A program made the position numbers and the translations under genes. The notes beneath the pieces are model-generated. The model ran no database searches, was not told the origin of the DNA, and saw only the letters and a program-made list of their open reading frames with translations. 64,000 nt of DNA, taken from Paraphysomonas bandaiensis (Eukaryota; Protista; Chrysophyceae). Shown here piece after piece: positions 36,401 to 48,100 of the stretch. The stretch lies in NCBI GenBank assembly GCA_965644295.1, contig CBFFRP010000115.1, positions 1 through 64,000 of the forward strand. The letters run 5' to 3'. Each line of letters begins with the position of its first letter. Position 1 is the stretch's first letter.

Positions 36401-39400
36401 TACTGGCTCTCTCCTCTATCCATCTTCGATTGTTTCCGCCATCCTGGAGGACACAAAAATGGAGACAAAGTACTATTTCCATCTACTTGATCCACAAGCA
36501 AAGCCCCGCTTCTGTAACGCTGTTCAAGGAATTCTTTAACTCTAATAAAACTGGTCAGTCGTCAGCACTCGAATGGCATATACTTACTGAATCAGTGCGA
36601 AGTCCAGATCGACTACCCTGTCTTGCAGTTCATCGCCTTTACAGTGCGCAGCAATATTGGATATGAGATCATCCGTCTCCGCAATAGTGCGCTCCACAGC
36701 TATTAGTCGTTGTTCTAGCGGTATCGCTCTCCTTTTAAGCTGAATATTCTTCTGGTCCATATCTGAGTGAATAGCAACAAAGTGGTGCCCTATTCCTCGC
36801 CCAGTCACTTGCATTTCAGCATATGACATATACTGACCCAGGAACTGTCTAGCAGAAATCCTGCCTATGGTAAAGCATGATACTGTATCCTCGGCTTGAA
36901 AATCCCGTCGTATAGTGCAGTCTACTCCTGCCTGAAGAGAATCTATCGTACTACGTAATTCAGGTGACCATTCACAGTTATCACACTGCAATCCATTGAG
37001 AGTAGCCTCAAAGCATTGGTGCACAATATCGGAACACTCTTTAGAAACGTGGTTCCGAAGAAATTCCATAAAAGCTGTACCAGGTACACTTCGAGAGCAG
37101 AAAGTATCGTCAAAGTCAAAGAGGATCTTGGCTATATTACTTCGCTTCAGCTCGTCTTCACATAATATCTGCTGGGATGGCTCTTGTATTCGCGACGCGC
37201 GGATATTATGTTTCCGCGAACTGCAAACCTCATTGTCTATGTATCCCATGAACCCGCCCTGAATGTACGACTTGAAGTCTGGTAGTGAGCTCTCACTCTG
37301 CTCTGTGTCCATTAGGAAAAGGCCAATTCTCAGCCGCACACAGGTATCAGAGGAATCTCCTCGAATTGAATCAAATGAACACATAGCTAGCGGAAGCACA
37401 CATTCTCGCCATTTGTTTTTGCTTTTTGTCCATAGTAGAGTCCTTAACGCCTTCTCCATCACAGCAACCACTTCTTCCCCATTCATCAGACTCACCCTCA
37501 GTGCACAAGTTTCTGTCCTGATCCGGGGTACCCGTAGCACAACCCGTTGATCCCAGAGCAGCTGTCGGGGGTGAACAGAGCACGCACTGTCAGCAGTAGA
37601 AACCACCTTCTGTTTCTCAGTGCATACTTCCAATCTAACCCAGAGGGGCGACTTGAGTTTACCAGGGTACCCCAATCCATCCATCACATGAATGAGCAAT
37701 GCATCTCTGCGATCACAACTTCCGAAGGCCTCCATGAACCTGACACTTTCTTCAAATTCTGGATCAGGAAGCATACAACACAACCGCAGTTCAGCTGCAT
37801 TAGTATCTGTGGCGAATAAAGCACCAGAAGTACCACACTCATACAGATCTTTGAGATTTATGCGCACCTGCCCCAAAGCTATATTTGCTGCCCCTTCCAC
37901 TCGCACTGAGAACACTAAAGGGTCGCTCGATGTAGTCAGAACACAGCCCCAACACCCACCAGACATATTCTCTGAAGTAGGGACTTTATCGGGGTAGTGA
38001 CACACTGATTCACGTATCAACACATCGCCATGTCTCAATTCACAGCAAAGTGATAGTACTCCACCATTATTGGTCTGAGTACCCGCATACGACGCGTCTT
38101 CAAAAACACGTTGAATCCCGTACCCAACAAATACCTTGATTCTAAATATAAAGAAATTACATACACTGCTACCACTGACCTTTGTCGTTGCACCCCACTC
38201 GTGTATAGTGGGAACATGTTTCCAAATGCATTTCACCTTTAACGCAGCACCAGTCGCACATCCTTTGCATTTAAATTCAACATTCAATATTCCTTTACTA
38301 GAGTGTTTCGGCACCAAAATGGCATGTTGAAACGGTGCTGAATGGGTATGAGCAACAATATGTATTTTTATTATCGTAGACGGGCAATGGAGTATACACG
38401 GCACATAGAACGATGTCCATTTCTCGAGGGCTATGACATTTGCTTGATCGCTATACACCTGGCGAAGACGGTCATGTAAAGTTATATATTGGAGGAAGCA
38501 ATTTACATTCGAAATATTGAGAGCTGAGGGTGTATGGTCCACCACAGTTACGATAAACCCACCTGTCTCCATGCACTTTAGCAGCTCAAAGGCCCAATTT
38601 ATTCACTCGACGGTATTGATTTCTTCATGTGCATCTTGAATAGGCAACGAGGGTCGAGGATTGGATGGATGGAAGTTACTTTCAGCTGGGGCCAAGTCCG
38701 AAAAGTGAAAAGCGAAAGCAAGAAAGTTATGCACTCTTGTAAATTCCGTATACTGGAGTACGTATTTCGTTGTATTTCATGTTTGGTATGGTGATGTGCA
38801 TCGATGTTGTTGCCACGATCCTGTGCATGTGACATGATGGAGATGGAGATGATAATCATAGTGCATGAAACACACGCCACGCTGCATCATGATATCATAG
38901 ACTAACACTGAGTTGCACTCCTCTGCTGTATGATGCTTTTAGTGGTAAAGACTACACACATAAATTACACTTGACCTGACTATGGAACACAACCGCTATG
39001 AGCGTAGATATGGAGTCGTCTACTGGTACACTGTCAGAGAGGAGTCCACCCTCTCCTCTGCTTTCATTCTTGGTACTCTTCCTGTAAATTGGGGTACAAT
39101 TAGCAACATCAGACTCTGTGGGATTGAGACACCAGGCGCGGATACATAACGCGAGTACATCTTTATCGATACCGATGAGCTTTCCTACTGGTTATTCAAT
39201 GGGCGTACTTGTAGGTTTACCCTATGTCCGTTCTACTGCTGCAATGATACAGAAACTGTCGAACTGGCACAACTATATAAAATGTATACGTTAGCTGCGA
39301 TGTATGTTGTCTTTTGTGTGATAATGCAATTCCCGTTAATTGTTACTTTTTTGTGAATAATTGACGTTTTCAATGTTATACTACTTTACATATGCCGTAG

Positions 39401-39412
39401 CAAGGGAAGCAT
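33432..39412 (-). CDS. Large multi-exon protein with C2-like domains and C-terminal Tudor/Agenet-like domains; 5' end approximate
   Basis: ORFs 38572-36584, 36501-36175, 36173-35949, 35929-34709 and 34214-33432 joined by short introns (e.g. 37-nt 36587-36551). C2-like LLIHVMDGLG...PLWVRLEV...LLWDQRVVL. Tudor-like VQARYGGSQKWCGATISKV...YSLNYDDGYEE. Confidence 0.6.
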
Positions 39413-39679
39413 TGTATCTAGCCGATCATTTATAAATGCCAACCCTGGTAGTCTATTTGTAGCAGAGATCACTCGGTCTATTTGGTACATTGGTGTACGC
39501 TGTATAGTGCATTTTAGATTGGTTCTTACATCGAGTGCTTTAACAATGATTGACAGGCTTCATTACCGATCCTAAGCAGGTCCTACAAAATAGATACCAA
39601 TCTAAAGCATAAATGTATCATTAGTTACATTCATATTATTCTCTCTTTCTTGACTATCTATTGAGCAGTTGTGGGTTTG

Positions 39680-40310
39680 AAAATCATGTGATCTTAGTGA
39701 CTAATTAATGATACTAAAATATTGCAACAATATTGTTGGGCCAGTTTAAAACTCCATAAATACTATTGACGGAACGCTATCTAACAATATATTGTAAAAT
39801 AATATATTGATTGGTAAGCTGGTCAAATATTCCATCAATATTGTTTCTGTTGAAGTAGCTCACAATGTGTTGCAATATATTGCAATCAATATTATGATAG
39901 TCATATACAGAAAGTTTTTTACTGTAGGGTAAAAAATATAAGTCCATATATATAAATCTCCGTTCAGACAGTGATTATTGCCACAATACAGAGGATGATG
40001 AAGCTGATGTTAGCTATCCAGAAAAAAATTCTTCAATCAGCTCAAAAAATTAAGAAATGGAAAGTTGAAATATCTAAGTACAGGTGCGCGAGTCATGTAG
40101 TATGTACTTAAATCTTCCAATACATGTGAACGCCTGTTCAGCGCAGCAAAACTGATTATATCAGTGTTGCGCAAACGTATGCATCCTACTACACTTAATA
40201 TTCTGTTGTTTCTGAGAGCTAACCGACAGTTGTGGCCGGATGCAAGAATATTTCAATTAATATCGAATGAATATGGTGATGATGATGTAACCGATGATGG
40301 CTCAAAGGAT
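39680..40310 (+). mobile_element. hAT MITE relative of 32052-32860 with rearranged ends and no TIRs
   Basis: 39680-39790 matches the MITE right subterminus and 39790-40310 matches its left part. Encodes CERLFSAAKLIISVLRKRMHPTTLNILLFLRANRQLWP. Confidence 0.8.
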
Positions 40311-42185
40311 AAGTTATCCTGGTTACCCTTGAGGTGGGCCCTGTCCCGGGTGCCTGTTTATTCATCAAGGCCCAAAGATGTCTACACAAGTGACACTTAT
40401 ACTAGTCGGAGTTTCAATATAGTAGAGATTAAGTCATATGAATTAACAGTAGCGAATGTCTGATTATTAGCAATGGGGTGTAAGAGTCAGAACTAATGTA
40501 GCAAAACAATTTAACTAACTACTGCTTAACTCTGATATTCTACTGTTTGGCGCTACGAAAGCTGCTTGTGCGTCAACGCAAGCACCAAGGTGCAACTCCC
40601 TTCATATGCATATATATATGCAAAGTGTATCGTTCTCTCACAGATGTTATGCTTAAAACCACTGATGTTCTATTTAAAATAGTAGAACAAAAAGCGAACT
40701 ACGATGCTGATTCCCATAGTACTTTCACGGGATATTCTTTCTGGTGGTGCGATCAGCTTTCTGTCGAAATTATTACAAACTTCTATTGAATTTTATCCAC
40801 ACAAAGATATTTGAAATACTATATAATGATGCAAAGACAAGTGTCTTGTTGAGTTCCTACTCCCAACAAATAATCTATAGAGTAAAGAATGTTGACTTTT
40901 TGACAATACGTCGTGTATTTTAACCTCTTTGCAGAGAACCTAGTGTTTCGTAAAAGGTCAAAGCATAAAATAATATATATATCCTATGTTATTGCCATCA
41001 ATTATTGATCCAAAGAATCTTGTTGGATTTCAGTTTGTATATAAGTTGCAGATATATATCATCATGACAAGTCGCTATCAAGGTAGCAATTTTGCTACTT
41101 GAGAACACTGTTGTTTGACTTGCTTATAAGCCTAAATTACTATCTTTAAATTTGCATGGTATTACAGATATGTGTGCTAATGACTATAGATAATAATAAT
41201 ATTATTATAGTGATATATATATTATGTATATATATATCAGTACAACACATGTTTAGGTATCGCATAAACGATTACCATTGGAATATTCCCCGTTCAGTCT
41301 TCTGCATTCTACATGCACCGCTGTTCACTGTTCCTGCACAGTATATATATATATACTGTACATATACGCTATTTAGTTACTCTTAGATTCAAAGTATAAT
41401 ACTATGCCCCATTCCGACAGTGTGGCCATAGTGTAATGTAGGCTCGCTGGAACACCACACTGGCAAACTTTGTCACCGTATAGCACCGTGTGTGAAGGTT
41501 TCTATAATGCAGTGATTTTTAGTAGTAGACATATAGTATACTTATTTTACTAGTTTACTACACGTCATTAGTATAAAAATTACAACACCTTCTATTACCT
41601 ATATAAATGCATTAAATGCAGTGGTGCTATAGTCTTTCATCTACTTAAATCAATGAATCTAAGTTACAAACATCATTTCCATTTTAGCGACAGGACTTGC
41701 AAGGCATGCAGCGTACGCAAGAAATAGAGGAGGAATTGTTATTGTAGAGGTATCCTGTGTTTGGTAATGGTAAGATTTAGATACGTATAATGTTTATAAT
41801 GTCCAATTTAATATAATGCAGTACGCACTAATAGAAGTACATGAACACTGTTGACTCTCAATTCAATTATTGTTAATTCAGAAAAATCTCAATACATATT
41901 ATGGGTTTATGGGATAGCAATACCACGAAATACTTGGCTATTTTACTGCAGCAATCTATCTATTTGGTACTGTATGACACTATCTTTGTTGCAGCCATGA
42001 AATTATTCTCATGATAATGACGCGACAATTATCGCATATAATGTAATTAAAACTACCTTTCAACAAAACTTTAATCGATTTATCTATGGAACATTTGAGC
42101 GCATCGAATACAAAACACCATGTCAATATACTTACCGAAGACGAAATTCACAGCTACACACCACATTGCAAAGGTAGCCGACGTA

Positions 42186-45100
42186 TCACTTCGACTCGTT
42201 GGCAAAAGTACCACCTTCTTTACTTTCGTTGTCTTCTACACAACCATGTACATGTACAGTTTTAGACTCTGGCACTATGTGTGACTCAAATAGTGAATCT
42301 TTATCAGTAGTATCCTCAGAGTTATTTATTGCGGGAGTAGCTTCTTCACCGCCTGTTAAGTGCTTTTCCTTGTTGGAGGGGAGTGGAGATTGAGGGCCAG
42401 TACCTTTCTTTCTTGCAACAGGACCCGTCTTTCTATGTCGTGATGCCTGCTCCAAGAAATCGTTGACGGATGGCAGCTCCTCATGCTCACTGTCACCATC
42501 CAGCAGTTTGCCCATGAAAGCTTCAATCTCAGACTTCATAATGACATGTTTTCCAGATCTACTGGGCGAAGAAATAACAGCATCATCGTCCTTAGATTTA
42601 TTTCGTCGTGCAACACGTACAGAAGCGTAACGCACATCTTTAGACGACACAGGCGACGACTCCTTCTGATTACTATCCATTCTTAATAGTGGTGGAAGTC
42701 GTCTAACATCAGGACTCCCGATACTTCCGTCCATATTGGAGGAGCTAAATATCAGCGATAGTTGCTTGATTACTTCCTTCTGAACTTCAGTTCTAAAGTC
42801 TGGTAAAGCAGGTGACGCTTCCGGGGTATTCACCTCACTTTTTTCACACTCTCTAACCGTCGAGATAGCAGCATTTTCAGAAACACTCTTCTCATCACAT
42901 TTTACTGGGGTTGAAAGAGATGATAGATATGAATCTCCATTTTCTCGAGTGCTAGTCCGAATATCATTCGAGTGTGGTCCAAGATCATTCGTCATGTTCA
43001 TATCTACGATGTTTTCATCCTCAATCCTGCTTTGTTCCTTAGTTTCAATGTTTCTAACAATATGGTTGAAATCTAGAGTAATCTCGTCGCTCTGAACTCT
43101 TGACAAATTATTCATAGCAAACCAAGAATTTTCAGCTTCCCATGGACGACAGGTGCGACGCATGAATAAGAGGCACATGGCAAGCACACATACGGCTGGT
43201 ATCACAGCAAATACAACATTGACAGCCGCAATGTGGTAATGTAATAGGAAAGCACTTGCAAGACCACCCCATACAAACATTTCAATGATGATATCTTGCA
43301 TACACATCGGAAGACTACAAACTAACCCCGCCATAATACGAGCCTTCATAAAAACATACTCTGCAATGTATACACGAAATCCTCCATCAACGAATGCCAG
43401 AGCCAACGGTGAAGGAAGCACAAAAAAGTGCCACTGGGCAGGGTACAGTTCCCGGTGATGCCTCGATTGGCATAGGATGCTATCAAACTTCCTCGGCTTG
43501 CCATACATTCGCTTCGGCCATGGAGTTCGGAACGACAACACCACCTGGCTCTCTAACAACTGACTAAACCGTGAAGCCACTCGATTAGAAGCGAAGAAAA
43601 ATGGTGAAGCATTAAGCGAAACGCAATACGTTTGGTCGTCGCACAAAACGTCAGATCTATTCATTACAGAGCGAATAGGAGATATATTCGGCAACGATCT
43701 AACGACATTGCACTCATTTGGCTCGACAGCTGGGTTGCGCTCGAAAAAGATCCCATTCTTAAGTGCCCACGGAGGAAAGGTGGCAGCATCACCAAGTATC
43801 AGTGGTTTACTTGAAGTCATATCAGCTATATATTGCTTTGCGATTGTTCTTGGAGACGAGGAATTATTTGATTCATCCGCCGATTCAGTATTATGAGCTA
43901 TGCACCTCTTGATATTATTTATCGCAGCATCTTTTAAACTTGACCTAATCCACGATGTTGATGGTTTAATATCACGAGACAAAGTTCGGGAAAACACATA
44001 ATTCTTTACCGCTATAGTAGCAGGCTGAACAATAATCAAAGAAGAGGAGAGCCAAATGACGAAACACCAAAGAACAATAAACTGTGTTTCTTCGTTCAGA
44101 GATGTTGAAAAGAGTGCTGCTACTGTTATTAGTCCAGCAAGATAGGCCATCAGTAATACCGGGTAGAAAAGTAGAGATGGTGACCACATGTGGGGTTTAA
44201 GAGTAAAATTTTCTTGCCTTTTGTATAGCGAAGCTAGGACTGTCGCACTGCAAACAGGCAGAACATCGAGCAGAAACAAGCGTATCACCGTCTGTCCAAT
44301 ATTAATTAGTTCACTTGAAGACAATGACGAATAAGTACGACTGGAGTCGTGTCCGAGACAATTCTTCATTTCATTATCGTAAATCTTACGCGCGCGTGCC
44401 AAATCCTGTATCAGAACTTGAAAAGGAGTCAACTCATTCGATTCTCCAACTTCCTCATGCAGAAACTCATTAGCATCGCGCATACCGATGGACTGACTGA
44501 ATGCGCTATAAATATCAATTTTTCTCTCATTTTTCGAACTGACTCTTCGTTCCAGCTCATCTACCCCCGCCACAGAACCTGAACAATGCTCTGTACGTAT
44601 GGACCATGCTGTGTCGAAAACTGAGGTGATATTTTCTGGAATATCACTTTTAGCTTTCCAAACATTATTCTCCCCGAATGATAGAACACTGCGCCCAAAT
44701 ATATCATCATATATTGTCGTTGCAAGTGAATTGCCAACTTCATCTGTGACTAAATTTTCACGGAATGCCTCAATCCGATTCTGAAGTCGGTGTACCTCTT
44801 CTAACAAAGGCGACTTTCCTACGACAATTCGGTCCGAATTACCATGTCCCTCTTCTTCATCAAACCCCAACGCACCTCTATCCAGTTTCTGAAGACTTTT
44901 TTGCTCGCACACTACTGTTGACAATCTTGAAAAACCGGCCACACTTATCCACAGTATCATACTGTTCAGCAAAACAAAAAATGGACTAAGAACGACGGCT
45001 GTCACATAAGCTAGCACAAACATATCATAGGTCGATATACGAGTATCATGAAGTATATCTGACCCACTTTGACGAAGAAAAAATATCACGGTAAGAACGC

Positions 45101-48100
45101 AGAACATTGTTACACCTTCAGACAGTAAAGATATCACGCCAGATAGAGAAATCCCCCTTGAAGTATTCGAGAATATTCTAAGCAGCGCGTGGCTGCGGAG
45201 GAAAATATTAGATGAAATGAACTCTACAAAGGTACGAGCTCTCAAAGCCTCAGGCAAAGCAAGCTCCGTGTTCTCAAGAGCAGAACGAAGGGCCTTCTCT
45301 TCTGTAGCCACCACATTTCGAATTGTATCATCACGTAATCTTCTCTGCTCATTGTCAGCTTTCGAAAAGAGATGCGACCGTGAATTCTCATCAGCAGTTG
45401 TTACAGAAACTTTTGTTTTTTTAATTTTTATTTTGTCGGAAAAAGAAGATTCATCACGGAAGTAAAACGCCAAGAAGAAGGCAAAACAGATAACCAAGAG
45501 TGTACCAATAGAAATTTGTATAACTCTAGACGGGCCATCAGCATTGTCTCCAGGCCTCTCAGTTGGCTGTGAAGTTGGATAATATGTCTTCAGTGCAGTG
45601 GTTTCAATATTTGACGGGTCATTTTCAAAAGATTCCACAGAAAATTCAGGGGAAGGGGTTATTCCAAATGAGTTTAAAAGAACACTTTTCATTGCTGTTG
45701 ATAAGGACCCGTTCGTCGAAGCACTATGAAGTTGTGAAGTAATAGATGACACAGCCTCAGCCATACCAGATTTTCCGAGGTAGCCATAATTTTCGAGAAC
45801 AAAGGATACTGTGTAACTAACTCTTACACCCAAGTAGACAGCTCGTGGAGCTATTAAATTATGTAAACTCTGTGACAATACACCGTTAAGTCGCCTCGTA
45901 GTAACTGCAACATTAACTACACCATCCACAGTAACATCGGTATTCTGCAGTTGCCTTCTATTTGTTGAGATACTACTCGCAATTGAGCTTTGAAATGCAA
46001 GCTGATATTGTGTTGTAAACGTCTCGGACGTAACACCAACTATTGTGCTCTTGGCAGGGTAACTGATTAAAATCTGCTGCTGCAAAGACGGTGCTGAGGT
46101 TGGATTAGAACTGGGAACACTGGACGGTTGACCACTTGGAGCACCGCTTGGTAAAGATGACGGCAACGACGAAGGAGTTGCCGATGGTAGACATGTAGGA
46201 TAAGAAGAAGGCGCGGATGTGGGCATGGTGGACGGAACGCAACTCGGTTGCGAGGACGGTTGACCAGTAGGTAGACTTGAGGGTACTCCTGAAGGTTGCG
46301 ATGATGGTTCACTCGAAGGTTGACCAGAAGGAACCGTGGAAGGGCGACAAGATGGTTCGCTAGAAGGAACGCTAGTCGGTTGAACAGTTGGTTGACCAGA
46401 CGGTAACGAAGATGGCAGACAACTTGGAACACAGCTTGGTAAACTTGATGGCTGACTAGAGGGCCACCCGCTGGGTTGGCCGGAGGGCTCACTGCTAGGA
46501 ATACAAGACGGCACACAAGATGGAGACGTGGTCGGCTGTCCGCTTGGCTGTCCTGATGGGACCGCAGTCGGAATTTTACTTGGTATACTTGACGGTTGAC
46601 CAGATGGTATACCACTAGGCTCTCCCGTCGGCTGACCAGATGGTTTACCACTAGGTTGTCCACTTGGCTGACCAGACGGAACACCAGATGGAACACTACT
46701 CGGCTGACCAGATGGTTCGCCACTTGGTATACTTGACGGCTGAGCAGATGGTATGCAGGAAGGTATACCACTAGGCTCTCCCGTCGGCTGACTAGATGGT
46801 TCACCACTTGGTTGTCCACTTGGCTGACCAGATGGAACACCAGATGGAACACTACTCGGCTGACCAGATGGTTCGCCACTTGGTGTACTTGACGGCTGAC
46901 CAGATGGTATGCAGGAAGGTATACCACTAGGCTCTCCCGTCGGCTGACCAGATGGTTCACCACTTGGTTGTCCACTTGGCTGACCAGACGGAACACCAGA
47001 CGGAACACTACTCGGCTGACCAGATGGTTCGCCACTTGGTGTACTTGACGGCTGACCAGATGGTATGCAGGAAGGTATACCACTAGGCTCTCCCGTCGGC
47101 TGACCAGATGGTTCACCACTTGGTTGTCCACTTGGCTGACCAGACGGAACACCAGATGGAACACTACTCGGCTGACCAGATGGTTCGCCACTTGGTGTAC
47201 TTGACGGCTGACCAGATGGTATGCAGGAAGGTATACCACTAGGCTCTCCCGTCGGCTGACCAGATGGTTCACCACTAGGTTGTCCACTTGGCTGACCAGA
47301 CGGAACACCAGATGGAACACTACTCGGCTGACCAGATGGTTCGCCACTTGGTGTACTTGACGGCTGACCAGATGGTATGCAGGATGGTATACCACTAGGC
47401 TCTCCCGTCGGCTGACCAGATGGTTTACCACTAGGTTGTCCACTTGGCTGACCAGACGGAACACCAGATGGAACACTACTCGGCTGACCGGATGGTTCGC
47501 CACTTGGTATACTTGACGGCTGACCAGATGGTATGCAGGAAGGTATACCACTAGGCTCTCCCGTCGGCTGACCAGATGGTTCGCCACTTGGTGTACTTGA
47601 TGGCTGACCAGACGGAACACCAGATGGAACACTACTCGGCTGACCAGATGGTTCGCCACTTGGTATACTTGACGGCTGACCAGATGGTATGCAGGAAGGT
47701 ATACCACTAGGCTCTCCCGTCGGCTGACCAGATGGTTCACCACTTGGTTGTCCACTTGGCTGACCAGACGGAACACCAGACGGAACACTACTCGGCTGAC
47801 CAGATGGTTCGCCACTTGGTGTACTTGACGGCTGACCAGATGGTATGCAGGATGGTATACCACTAGGCTCTCCCGTCGGCTGACCAGATGGTTCACCACT
47901 TGGTTGTCCACTTGGCTGACCAGACGGAACACCAGATGGAACACTACTCGGCTGACCAGATGGTTCGCCACTTGGTATACTTGACGGCTGACCAGATGGT
48001 ATGCAGGAAGGTATACCACTAGGCTCTCCCGTCGGCTGACCAGATGGTTCACCACTTGGTTGTCCACTTGGCTGACCAGACGGAACACCAGATGGAACAC

